Source: Anaeramoeba ignava BMAN
Lineage: Eukaryota; Protista; Anaeramoebae
Assembly: GCA_028826165.1 (NCBI GenBank)
Contig: JAPDFW010000081.1
Coordinates: 930,001-994,000 of the forward strand
DNA length: 64,000 bases
Reading direction: 5' to 3'
The stretch's first letter is position 1. Every line of letters starts with the position of its first letter. The translations under genes were made by a program, and so were the position numbers. Below are positions 49,580-63,640 of this stretch, in pieces. The notes under the pieces were generated by a model. That model searched no databases. It saw only the letters and a program-made list of their open reading frames with translations, and had not been told where the DNA came from.

Positions 49580-52500
49580 TTAGTTTATTCTTGAAATTAA
49601 TTCTTTGATAACTTCATGAAGTAATGAAACATTTGAAATATTTGAAAATGAAGGAAGATTAAAAACTTGTTGTTTATTATTCAAAAGAAATCTAATCAAA
49701 TAACTAAATGAAAATTTAAAATTTAAAATTTAAAATTTAAATAAAAATTTAAACAAGACTTTGTTACTTTTTCAAATCAATTGAATTTGTTTCATAAGAT
49801 CTTTCCAAAATAAAAAGAGCATTATTTAAATTAACACTTCTTTTGACAATATTTGAACAAACCTAATAAAAATTGAATTGAAATATTATTAAATTAAAAT
49901 ATTATTATTGAATTGAAATATTATTAAATTGAAAAATATTGAAATTATTAAATAAAATATTATTGAATTGAAATATTATTATTGAATTAAAATATTATTA
50001 TTGAATTAAAATATTATTATTGAATTGAAATATTATTATTGAATTTAAAATATTATTGAATTAAAATATTATTATTGAATTGAAATATTATTGAATTGAA
50101 ATATTATTATTGAATTGAAATATTATTATTGAATTGAAATATTATTGAATTAAAAATATTATATGAAATTATTGAATTTAATATGAAAAATTGAAATATT
50201 GAATTAAAATAAAAATATTATTATTGAATTAAATTATTGAATTATTTGAATTAAAAATATTATTGAATTGAAATATTATTATTGAATTGAAATATTATTG
50301 AATTGAAATATTATTGAATTAAAATATTATTATTGAATTGAAATATTATTGAATTGAAATATTATTATTGAATTGAAATATTATTGAATTGAAATATTAT
50401 TGAATTGAAATATTATTATTGAATTGAAATATTATTATTGAATTGAAAATTATTATTGAAATTGAAATATTATTATTGAATTGAAATATTATTGAATTAA
50501 AATATTATAAATATTATTATTATTGAATTGAAATTATTATTGAATTGAAAAATATTATTGAATTAAATATTATTATTGAATTAAAAATTATTGAATTGAA
50601 ATATTATTGAATTGAAATATTATTATTGAATTGAAATATTATTATTTGAATTGAAATATTATTGAATTGAAATATTATTTGAATTGAAATATTATTGAAT
50701 TGAAAAAAATATTATTATTATTGAATTAAAATATTATTGAATTGAAATATTATTATTGAATTAAAATTATTATTTTGAAATATTATTGAATTAAAATATT
50801 ATTGAATTGAAATATTATTATTGAAATTGAAATTGAAATATTATTAAATTGAAATATTATTATTGAATTGAAATATTATTATTTGTATTGAATTAAAATA
50901 TTATTATTATTGAATTGAAATTAAATATTATTGAATTATGAAATAATATTATTGAATTGAAATATTAAATAATATATTATTGAATTGAAATGTTATTATT
51001 GAATTGAAATATTATTATTGAATTGAAATATTATTATTGAATTGAAATATTATTGAATTGAAATATTATTATTGAATTGAAATATTATTGAATTAAAATA
51101 TTATTATTGAATTAAAAATATTATTGAATTGAAATATTATTGAATTGAAATATTATTGAATATTATTGGAATTAAAATATTATTGAATTGAAATATTATT
51201 ATTGAATTCAAAAAATATTATTGAAAATTGAAATATATTATTGAATTCAAAAATATTATTTATTAAATTGAAATATTATTGAATTAAAAATATTATTGAA
51301 TTGAAATATTATTGAAAATATTATTATTGAATTGAAATATTATTGAATTAAAATATTATTGAATTAAAATATTATTGATTTAAAAATTATTATTGAATTG
51401 AAATATTATTGAATTAAAAATATTATTGAATTAAAAATATTATTGAATTGAAATATTATTGAATTAAAATATTATTTTTGAAATATTATTATTGAATTGA
51501 AATATTATTAAATTGAAATATTATTATTGGAATTAAAATATTATTGAATTGAAATATTATTGAATTGAAATTATTATTAAATTTATTATTGAATTAAAAA
51601 TATTATTTTTGAATTGAAAATATTATTATTGAATTAAAAATTATTATTATTTTGAAATATTATTATTGGGGGAATTGAAATATTATTGGAATTAAAATAT
51701 TATTATTGAATTAAAATATTATTATTTTGAAAAATATATTGAATTAAAATATTATTATTTTGAAATATTATTGAATTAAAAATATTATTATTGAATTGAA
51801 ATATTATTGAATTGAAAAATATTAAATTGAAATAAATTATTGAATTGAAATATTATTATTGAATTGAAATATTATTATTGAATTAAAATATTATTATTGA
51901 ATTAAAATATTATTGAATTAAAATATTATTATTGAATTGAGATGTTATTGAATTGAAATATTATTGAATTGAAATATTATTGAATTGAAATAATATTGAA
52001 TTGAATTAAAATATTATTGAATTAAAATATTATTATTGAATTAAAATATTATTGAATTGAAATATTATTGAATTAAAATATTATTGTTGAACTGAAATAT
52101 TATTGAATTAAATTCAAATAATTTTCCTACATTTTCAAGCTCATAAGTACTCAAGTCATAATCAGAAACTGCACCTAATAATTCCAGTGCAATTTGTGGA
52201 TTTGATTGAATATGATCAACTCTTCCTGAATACAAAAACTTAATCAAAGCACGAAGAGTATAAACACTTCTTTGAGTTTTATCAGCATAAATTTCAGGAC
52301 CATTTTGCTCTGAGAAAATTTCCTGACCAAAACGTTTGCTATGAGCAGTCAAAATAGCTTTATGAGCACAAATAGCAACCTCTATTGCATTATGAGAATC
52401 AATTTCACTTTGCAAAGCACTTAAATTTTGGAAAAACATTGATTTGGGAACTTCAATCTCTGAGATTTCAATAGGAGAATTTGCTGTTGTTGTTTTAAAT

Positions 52501-54417
52501 AATTCAATCAATGTTTCTTGTGATAATTTTGTTAATGAAGTTCCATGTTCTGAAATCACTTCTTTGTTTTTACTCGACAAATGATAAACAAACTGAACGA
52601 AGTGATTTTGATTTGGTTTTTTCTGCAAAAAGCAAAATATCAATCACATTTTCCTTACTAATTGATGAAATAATGTGATTTTCACAAATGGTTTTGAGTC
52701 TTGAGAGTCCGATATTTGATGAAATGATAACTAAATCAGTTATTTGATTTTGGGTTAATTTTTCTAATTCAATTTCATCAGTATAAATAAAAATCATCAA
52801 AATTTTGATTGTTGATAAAGGTTGATTTGCAAAATAGTTTTCAAAAGTAATTGCAATTTCTTCATCTTCTCTATTTTTGATTTCATTCCAATTATTCAAT
52901 CTAGCTTGAATAATACATAAATGGGCTCCAATAAATCCATCTTTGGCTGTGATATTAATATCGCAATCTTCTTGTTTTTCAAAAAGGGTTTTCATATCAT
53001 TTTTAATAACATTTTTTTCAATAATTAGTGGTTTTTCTTGGATTGAATAAACATGTAAATCTTGTAATTGTCTTCCATTCCATCCTCCAAATAATATCAT
53101 TTTGTTCTCCCAAATGACTGAAGTATGGTAATGTCTTGGTGAAAAAGTAGGTTCATCTTTAATCAAACTCCAATAATTTGTATCTAATCCATTAATAATA
53201 ATAATAAAATATAATATTAATTCAATGAATAAAAAAAGTTCAGATCTTGATTACCAGTGTTATAAACATATAAATCATTTAGAGGAGCTTTTCCATAACC
53301 AGCGCAAATATAAATTTTTTCATCTTTAACAACTGCTGTATGATTTCTTCTTGTTTGTGGGATTTTTCCTTTGGAATTTGCGATACTTATCCAAGTATTT
53401 GTTTCAAATTCATAAATAAAGTGGTCATTTAATCTAACTTGACCATTAGATCCTCCAAATACATACATAAAAGACCCAATAACAACACCTGTATGGAAAT
53501 GTCTTGGACAAGGTTTTTCACCAAGTGGCTTTAATTCAAACCATTCATTTGTTTCTTATAATAAAGATAATGAATTATTCATTCAATATTTTTTGCTTTG
53601 ATAATAATAATAATATTAATATCAATAAAATACCTAAATTGTATTGCCACAGATCATTAAGTAATTTGCTTTTATCTTGAACGCCACCAAAAACATATAA
53701 ATTATTTTTATAGCTTACTAAAGAATGACAATCACGACCACAAGGACCAATATTATCTGATAATTTTTCGAATCCTTCAGTTTCTTTATTAAATATTATT
53801 AAATATTATTATTAAATATTATTATTAAATATTATTATTAAATATTATATATATTGTTATTAAATATTATTATTATTATTAAATATTAAATATTAAATAT
53901 TATTAAATATTATTATTAAATATTATTTTCTACCAGGATCAAATTTCCAAAGATCATTATAATATTTTTTCCCATCCAATCCACCAAATATAAACAAATT
54001 ATTATTAGCAACAGTACAAGCATGATGATATCTTGCACTTGGCCAACCAATATTAGCATTTCTTCTAGTTTTTTCAAGAAATGTATTATATTTGATTGAT
54101 TTCCATTCAAAAGTATTTAAATTCAAACAAGATAAATCACGAGTTCCATGTCCTCTTTGGAAACCTCCAAAAACCCACATATAATTATTAATTACTGCGC
54201 TTGTATGATAATTTGTAACAAGTGGTATTTCTCCAGTTGTTTGTATTTCTTTCCAATTTGTTGGTTTTTTGGGACGAATTTTTATATTAAATGCTTCTAA
54301 ATTTGTATTTGAATTTGTTCTTTCTAAATTTTCGTTTTCAGGATTGTTTATTTCTAATGAATTTTCAGTTGAAATTTGAGAAGGTGAGTTTGATAATTGA
54401 TTTAAAGAATTGCTCAT
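49580..54417 (-). CDS. Kelch-repeat plus two-BTB protein (LZTR1-like), multi-exon; +1 break near 52572
   Basis: Kelch repeats (MWVFGG, PSARYHH..LFIFGG, MYVFGG, PRHYHTS..MILFGG); BTB motifs DCDINI..AHLCIIQAR..FIYTD and AHKAILTAHS..FLYSG. Confidence 0.85.
49875..52110. repeat. ~2.2 kb (GAATTGAAATATTATT)-type intronic minisatellite
   Basis: Visible directly. Confidence 0.93.
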
Positions 54418-54527
54418 TTTAAATAAATTAAATTAACTTAAAATAAATTAAAATAAAAAAAAATGGAAAAAAATGAAAAAAAATTTTCTTATTTTTATTT
54501 TTCTTTTTCATTTTCTTTTTAATTTTA

Positions 54528-56409
54528 ATGGAAAATAAACAAAAAATTAATAAAAATAATTTAGAAGAAGATTTAATAGAAAATAAACAGAAAATTAATA
54601 AAAATAATTTAGAAAATGATTTAGAAAATGATTCACAAAGTGATTCACAATATAATGTTAAAAGACCAAAAATTGAATTAAAATCAAAAAATAAGGAAAT
54701 TGAAAAACAATTTGATAATTTTGAATGGAAATTTGAAGAAACTATAATGATTTTAAATTATAAAACTCCATCAAGTTCTTCAAAAATTGCATCTTTTGAT
54801 TTAGTATTTTTTGATTTCTTTGAGAATATCTTCTTTTGATTGAATTATTAATTAATTATTTGAATTGAAAAAATTTTTATAAAAGGATCATACACTTGTA
54901 AAACCAAAATCAGGAGGAATTTTTCCAAAAGATTCTTTTGATTGGGAAATTCTTTATAATGTTATATATCAAAAATTACAATTATTTTATTCAAAAGGGT
55001 TCAAAATTGTAATTTTTACTAACCAAAGTGAGATTAGAAGAAAAGGAACATTTGAAATGGTAAAAAATAGAATTGAACATTTTGCTTCAACTCTTAATCA
55101 TCCAATTCAAGTTTTTGTTTCTTTAGAAAAGGATAAATTTCGGTATTTTTCAAATTCACATTCAAATTCAAATTCAAATCCAAATTTCAAAATCAAATTC
55201 AAATTCAAATTCAATTTCAATTTCAATTTCAAATTCAAATTCAAATTCAAATTCAAATTCAAATTCAAATTCAAAATCAATTTCAAATTCAAATTTAATT
55301 TCAAAATCAATTTCAAAATCAAAATCAATTTCAATTTCAATTTCACTTTCAATTTCAAAATCAAAATCAAAATCAAAATCAATTTCAAAATCAATTTCAA
55401 AATCAATTTCAATTTCAAAATCAATTTCAATTTCAAAATCAATTTCAATTTCAAAATCAATTTCAAATTCAAAATCAATTTCAAATTCAAATTCAAAATC
55501 AATTTCAATTTCAATTTCAATTTCAATTTCAAAATCAATTTCAAATTCAAAATCAATTTCAAAATCAATTTCAAAATCAATTTCAAATTCAATTTCAAAT
55601 TCAAATTCAATTTCAAATTCAAAATCAATTTCAAATCTAAATTTCAAATCCAAATTTCAAAATCAATTTCAATTTCAATTTCAAAATCAATTTCAATTTC
55701 AAAATCAATTTCAATTTCAAAATCAATTTCAATTTCAATTTCAATTTCAAATCAATTTCAAATTTCAATTTCAATTTCAAAATCAATTTCAATTTCAAAA
55801 TCAATTTCAATTTCAATTTCAAATTCAAATTTAATTTCAAATTCAAATTAAATTCAATTTCAATTTCACATTCATTCACTTTCAATTTCAAAATTTCAAA
55901 TCAAAAATTCAAAAATCAATTTCAAATTTCAATTTCAATTTCAATTTCAAATTCAAATTCAAAATCAAAATCAATTTCAATTTCAATTTCAATTTCAAAA
56001 TCAAATTCAAAATCAAAATCAATTTCAATTTCAATTTCAAAATCAAAATCAAAATCAAATTCAAATTCAAATTCAATTTCAAATTCAATTTCAAATTCAA
56101 TTTCAATTTCAAATTAAAATCGTTTTTTTTATTTTTAGTAAACCATCAATTAAAATGTGGAATTATTTGGAAAATGAAGAAAATGAAGAAATTAGAATAG
56201 ATTTAAAAAAATCTTTTTTTGTTGGAGATGCTGCTGGAAGAAAAAAAGATTTTTCAAATTCTGATCTTAAATTCGCAGAAAATATTGGAATTGAATTTTA
56301 TACACCTGAACAATTTTTTCTTGATGAACCAAAACCTAAACCAAAAATAATTCAAACTGATATTCGGGATTTTTTTATTCCAAAAAAAACAAATTCAAAA
56401 AAGAAATAA
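54528..56409 (+). CDS. DNA 3'-phosphatase (PNKP/Tpp1-type HAD domain only; 3 exons) with C-terminal PIP box
   Basis: KIASFDL|DHTLVKPKSG..FPKD..DW, GFKIVIFTNQ, FR|KPSIKMW, SFFVGDAAGRKKDFSNSDLKFAENIGIEFYTPEQFF; stop at 56409 with no kinase domain. Confidence 0.88.
55150..56115. repeat. (TTTCAA/TCAAAA)n intronic satellite
   Basis: Visible directly. Confidence 0.93.
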
Positions 56410-56580
56410 AGAAAATTTAAATTAAAAATTAAAATAAAAGATGAAATAAATAATGAGAAAAATTTTTATTCCACTTTTTTTATTTTTTTAATTTAAAAAT
56501 AAAAATGAGTAATTATTTGAAAAAATTAATCAAAAAAATTATTTTTTTTTTCATTTTTTTTTCATTTTTTTTCTTTTCAA

Positions 56581-59500
56581 ATGTTTGTTTTATTTGAAAC
56601 TTCTACTGGTTATGCTTTATTTAAAATTTTAGATGAAGGAAAGATAACAAACCCAGATTTTGATTTAATTCAACAACTTTCTGATCCAAATTCTGCTCAA
56701 AGAGTGTAAAAAAAATATTTTTTTAAATAAAAAAAAATTAAAATAAAAAAAATTAAAATAAAAAAAATTTCAGAATTCAATTACAAGCATTTTCTCGATT
56801 TGAAGATACAACAAATGCTCTTCAAGCTGTTGAATCAATTGTTAAATCAAAACTTGATAATGGTTATTATTTTTTTTCTTTAAATTAAAGAAATATTAGT
56901 GTTTATATTTTTATTGAAATTAATTTTTAATTTTTAATTTTATTTAAAAGGATTACAAAAATTTTTACAAAAGGAAATTTTAGAAAAAAACCAAAAAATA
57001 ACACTTGGAGTTGGTGATTTAAAATTAGCAGGTATTTTAAAGCGTAAGCTTGGGTTGAATACAATATATAATAGGTATATTTATTAAATATAAAATTAAT
57101 TATAAAATTATTTATTAAATTAATTATAAAATTAAATTATTAAATTATTTATAAAATTATTTATTAAATCAAATATAAAATTAATTATTAAATTAAATAT
57201 AAAATTAAATATAAAATTAAATATAAAATTAATTATAAAATTATATATAAAATTAAATATAAAATTATTTATTAAATTATTAATAAAATTATTTATTAAA
57301 TTATTAATAAAATTATTTATTAAATTATTTATTAAATTATTTATTAAATTAAATATAAAATTATTTATTAAATTTAATTATAAAATTATTTATAAAATTA
57401 TTTATAAAATTAATTATAAAATTATTTATAAAATTAAATATAAAATTATTTATAAAAATTATTTATAAAATTATTTATAAAATTATTTATAAAATTATTT
57501 ATAAAATTATTTATAAAATTAATTATAAAATTAATTATAAAATTATTTATAAAATTAAATATAAAATTATTTATAAAATTAATTATAAAATTAAATATAA
57601 AATTATTTTATAAAATTAATTATAAAATTATTTATAAAATTAAATTATAAAATTAATTATTAAATCAAATATAAAATTATTTATTAAATTAAATATAAAA
57701 TTAATTATTAAATTAATTATAAAATTATTTATTAAATTAATTATAAAATTAATTATTAAATTAATTATAAAATTATTTATTAAATTAATTATAAAATTAT
57801 TTATTAAATTATTTATTAAATTATTTATTAAATTAATTATTAAATTATTTATTAAATTAATTATAAAATTATTTATTAAATTAATTATAAAATTATTTAT
57901 TAAATTAATTATAAAATTATTTATTAAATTAATTATAAAATTAAATATAAAATTAAATATAAAAATTAAATATTAAATTAATTATAAAAATTAAATATAA
58001 AATTAAATATAAAATTATTTATAAAATTAATTATAAAATTATTTATTAAATTATTTATAAAATTATTTATTAAATTATTTATATTAAAATTATTAATAAA
58101 ATTATTTATTAAATTATTAATAAAATTATTTATTAAAATTAATTTATAAAATAAAATTATTTATAAAATTATTTAAAATTATTTATTAAAATTATTAAAT
58201 AAAATTATTTATAAAATTATTTATAAAATTATTTATTAAATTATTTATTAAATTTAATTATAAAATTATTTATAAAATTATTTATAAAAATTAAATATAA
58301 AATTATTTATTAAATTAATAAAATATATAAAATTAATTATAAAATTAATTATAAAATTAATTATAAAATTAATTATAAAATTAAATATAAAATTAATTAT
58401 AAAATTATTTATTAAATTAATTATAAAATTATTTATTAAATTAATTATAAAATTAAATATAAATAAAATTAATTATAAAATTATTTATTAAATTATTTAT
58501 AAAATTAAAATAAAAAATTAATTAATTATAAAATTATTTTATTAAATTAATTATAAAATTATTTATTAAATTAATTATAAAATTATTTATTAAATTAATT
58601 AAAAATTAAATATAAAAATTAATTATAAAATTATTTATTAAATTATTTATAAAATTAAATATATATTTATATATTAAATTAATTATAAAATTATATATAA
58701 AATTAATTATAAAATTATTTATAAAATTATTTATAAAATTATTTATAAAAATTAATTATTAAATTATATATAAAATTAAATATAAAATTATTTTATTAAA
58801 TTAAATATAAAAATTATTTATTAAATTATTTATAAAATTAATTATAAAAATTAATTATAAAATTATTTATAAAATTAATTATAAAATTATTTATAAAATT
58901 ATTTATAAAATTAATTATAAAATTAAATATAAAATTATTTATAAAATTAAATATAAAATTAAATATAAAATTAAATATAAAATTATTTATAAAATTAATT
59001 ATAAAATTAATTATAAAATTAATTATAAAATTATATATAAAATTATTTATTAAAATTATTTATTAAATTAATTATAAAATTATTTATTAAATTAATTATA
59101 AAATTATTTATAAAATTAAATATAAAATTATTTATAAAATTAATTATAAAATTATTTATTAAATTATTTATTAAATTATTTATCAAATTAAATATAAAAT
59201 TAATTATAAAATTAATTATAAAATTATTTATCAAATTAAATATAAAATTAATTATAAAATTAAATATAAAATTATTTATAAAATTAAATATAAAATTATA
59301 TATAAAATTAAATATAAAATTAATTATTAAATTATTTATTAAATTAAATATAAAATTAATTATTAAATTATTTATAATTTGAAATTATTCTTTTTTAGCT
59401 CAATGCTTGAATTAATGAGAGGAATACGTACAAATATGATCTCACTTTTACCAAACATTGAAGAGAACGAATTCGATCAAATGTCACGAGGACTTTCACA

Positions 59501-61378
59501 TAATTTTTCACGACACAAACTAAAATTTTCAGCAGAAAAAGTTGACACAATGATAGTTCATGCAGTAAGTTTACTTGACGATCTAGAAAAAGAACTAAAC
59601 ACATATTCAATGCGAGCAAAGGAATGGTATGGATGGCATTTTCCCGAATTAGCAAAGATCGTACCTGACAACTTTACATATGCAAAAGTGATTACAGTGA
59701 TGGGAATGAGTCACAACGCACCTCAAGTTGATTTTGGGGAAATTTTACCTGAAAAAGTAGCAAACGAAGTAAAAGAAGCAGCACAAATCACGATGGGAAC
59801 ACAAATCAACGAGGAAGATCTATCGAATATTCTCCAGCTTTGCGAGCAAATAGTGGCGTTAACTGAATATAAAAATCAATTATTAGAATATTTAAAAAAT
59901 CGAATGCGTGCAATTGCGCCAAATTTAACAGCTCTTGTGGGCGAACTAGTGGGTGCCCGTCTTATTTCCCACGCTGGTTCTCTTCGCTCGCTATCGAAAT
60001 ACCCCGCTTCTACTATTCAGGTTCTCGGTGCAGAAAAGGCTTTATTCAGAGCTCTCCGCAAAAAACATGATACCCCAAAATATGGTATTCTTTATCAAGC
60101 TTCTTTTGTCGGTCAGGCTTCCCCAAAAAATAAAGGTAAAATCTCAAGAGCTTTGGCTGCTAAATGTGCCCTTTCTATTCGTGTTGATGCTTTGAGTAAT
60201 TCTGATTCAAATGAAATTGGAAATCGTGACCGTTTGAAAATTGAAGAAAAAATTATTGAACTTGAAAATCGAAAAATGCATCGAGTAAATTAAAATTAAA
60301 ATTAAAATTAAAATCAATATTAAAATTAAAATTAAAATTAAAATTAAAATTAAAATTAAAATTAAAATTAATATTAAAATTAAAATCAATATTAAAATTC
60401 AAATTAAAATCAATATTAAAATTAAAATTAAAATTAAAATCAATATTAAAATTAAAATTAAAATTAAAATTAAAATTAAAATTAAAATCAATATTAAAAT
60501 TAAAATTAAAAAATCAAAATTATAATAAAAATCAATATTAAAATTAAAAATCAATATTAGTATTAAAATTAATTTATAAAATTAAAATTAAAAATTAAAA
60601 ATCAAAATTAAAATCAATATTAAAATTAAAATTAAAAATTAAAATTAAAATTAAAATTAATACATTAAAATTATTTATAAAATTAAAATTAAAATTAAAA
60701 TTAAAATTAAAATTAAAATTAAAATTCATTTATAAAATTAAAATTAAAATTAAAATTAAAATTAAAAATTAAAATTAAAATTAAAATTAAAATTAAAATC
60801 AATATTAAAATAAAAATCAAAAATAAAATAATAATAAAAATTAAAATTAAAAATTAAAAATTAAAATTAAAAATTAAAATTAAAATTAAAAATTAAAATT
60901 CAAAAAAATTAAAATCAATATTAAAATTAAAATTAAAAATTAAAATTAAAATTAAAATCAATATTAAAATTAAAATTAAAAAATCAAAATTATAATAAAA
61001 ATCAAAATTAAAATCAATATTAAAATTAAAATTATAAAATTAAAATTAAAATTAAAATTAAAATTAAAATTAAAATTAAAATCAATATTAAAATTAAAAT
61101 TAAAATTAAAATTAATATTTGTGAATTTTTTTTTAAAAAAGACAAGCACAAAAATAGAAACAAAACGTAGTAATATCAAAAAATATGAAAAACCAGAAGA
61201 AAATCCTCAAAATTATAATACTCAAAATGATTTTGCTATTGATACTAAATCAAATAAAAATACAAATACAAATACAAATACAAATGCTAATCAAAATGAT
61301 TTGGTTATTGATATTAGATCAAATACAAATCAAGCCCAAAAAAAAATGAGAAAAAAGAAAGGAAAAAAAAATAATTGA
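56581..61378 (+). CDS. NOP58: Box C/D snoRNP core protein Nop58 (multi-exon)
   Basis: [15 protein letters not shown]; [38 protein letters not shown]; [24 protein letters not shown]; [23 protein letters not shown]. Confidence 0.93.
57080..59375. repeat. ~2.3 kb 12-mer (AAAATTATTTAT variants) satellite in a NOP58 intron
   Basis: Visible directly. Confidence 0.95.
60290..61115. repeat. (TTAAAA)n satellite in the last NOP58 intron
   Basis: Visible directly. Confidence 0.93.
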
Positions 61379-61582
61379 AAAATTTAAAAATTTAAAAAAT
61401 TAAAATCAAATTAAAAATCAAATTAATCAATTCCACTTTTTTTTTTTTAGAAATTTTGATAAGAAATTTCATTCACTTTTCTTCTTTTTTTTTAGATTCC
61501 TTAATAAATTTTGATTCAAATTTATTCTTTTTTTTTTTTAAAAAAAGAAAAAATTGAAAAAAGAAAAATGAAAATAATTCAA

Positions 61583-63239
61583 TCAAAAATAAACAGCTTC
61601 ACGAGCATTTTGGATTGCATCAAACCAACTGTCTCGATCATTTCCATCAGCACATTGAAGAAGAAAGGATTTTTTAGCTGTTAAAATTTTGATAATAAAA
61701 TTTCTTCCAATTTTCTTTTCTTCTTCATCAGTACATTTACGAACATCAAAAGTTTCTTCAAAAAACTTATTTTTGGATTGATTAAAAATTGATTAAAAGA
61801 TTGATTAAAAGATTGATTAAAAATTGATTTTTATTTTTTTTAACTTACTATACATCCTTTTGATTTGAGTTTCTTGAAAGAATGTAATCGGAAATTTATG
61901 GATATTAAATATTAAATTAAATATTAAATTAAATATTGAATATTAAATTTAATATTGAATTAAATATTGAATTAAATATTGAATATTAAATCAAATATTA
62001 AATTAAATATTGAATTAAATTAAATTGAATATTAAATATTGAATATTGAATATTGAATATTAAATTGAATTGAATTAAATATTGAATATTGAATATTAAA
62101 TATTAAATTGAATTAAATTGAATTGAATTGAATATTGATTGAATTAAATTAAAATAAATTTTAATTTAAAAATTGAATTAAATTGAATTAAATTAAATAT
62201 TATATTGAATTAAATATTGAATTGAAAATTAAATATTAAATTAAATATTAAATTGAATTAAATTAAATTGAATTAAATATTAAATATTGAATATTGAATA
62301 TTGAATATTGAAATTGAATTAAATATTAAAAATTAAAAATTAAATATTAAATATTGAATATTGAATATTGAATATTGAATATTAAATATTGAATATTAAA
62401 TTAAATATTAAATATTAAATTAAATATTAAATTAAATATTAAATTAAATATTAAATTAAATATTAAATTAAATATTAAATTAAATATTAAATATTAAAAA
62501 TTAAATATTAAATATCAAATATTGAATTGAATTGAATTGAATATTGAATATTGAATTGAATTGAATATTGAATATTGAATATTGAATATTGAATATTGAA
62601 TATTAAATATTAAATGGAAAGATTACCTTCTTTTGATTAACAAAATAATACATTCCATCATTTTTTAATTTAAAAATTCTGGTTCTCCATCTTTGAAGTC
62701 GACCACTGATAAAAAAAGAAAAAATAAATTTCTTTTCTTTTTTGAAAACGATAATTTCAAATAAATTTTAAATGAATTTTCTACCTCTTTTTATTTAGTA
62801 TTCCTTCTTTCAAAGGTTGTAATGAATTTTTTCTTTTTACAATAACTTCTTTAGCTTTTTTATTTTCATCAATAATTTTAACAACTTGTGATTCTGTATA
62901 ATGAACAGGAATTCTTTCAATTTGTGAATATTTTTGATTTGATTTTTGATTTGATTTTTGATTTGATTTTTCTTTTGATTTTTCTTTTGATTTTTCATTT
63001 TCAGAAATAGATTCAACTTCAAAATCTAAATCTTCAAATGATTCAGAATTCCATTCCTTTATATCTTCTTTTTCTTCTTTATTTTCTTTTAAATTGTTAT
63101 TTGTTTTTTCTTCTATATTTTCTTTTAAATTGCTATTTGTTGTTTCTTCTATATTTTCTTTTAAATTGCTATTTGTTTTTTCTATATTTTCTTTTAAATT
63201 GCTATTTTTTTCTTCTATATTTTCTGTTGGAGAACTCAT
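61583..63239 (-). CDS. PH-domain protein with repetitive acidic N-terminus (multi-exon; internal exon boundaries partly uncertain)
   Basis: PLKEGILNKK|SGRLQRWRTRIFKLKNDGMYYF ... KSFLLQCADGNDRDSWFDAIQ; N-terminal EEK(T)NSNLKENI repeats. Confidence 0.8.
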
Positions 63240-63640
63240 TTAAAAAAGAAATGAAAAAAAAAATGAATTTTTTAAATTCAAAATAATTTTGTTTTGTTTT
63301 ATTTTATTTTCTTTGGTTGTATGAATTAAAAAGATCAAAATAAAAAATAAAAAGGGGAAATTTAATAAAAAATTTTTTTCAAATATTTTTTTTTTAATTT
63401 GTTTGAATTTGAAAAAAAGGGAAAGAAAAAAGAAAAAAGAAAAAAGAAAAAAGAAAAAAGTGGAATAAGAATTTTCATCAAAAAAAAAAATGGAAATGAA
63501 TTCAAAGATAAAAAAAAACCAAGATTTGATTTGTTCTTTTTTTTTTAATGAAAGATTCATTCTAATAAATAAATAAGAATAAATTAATTAATAAATTAAT
63601 AAATAAATAAATAAATTTATCAAACAATAAAATCAAACCA

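Noticed and set aside
13378-59375. Regular repeat arrays as CRISPR or telomeric repeats
   Set aside because: No unique spacers, no cas genes and no G-rich telomeric unit; the arrays lie inside GT-AG introns of eukaryotic genes.
56700-61140. Intronic snoRNAs in NOP58 (a common host gene)
   Set aside because: The introns are short or pure satellite; no C/D box pair was seen.
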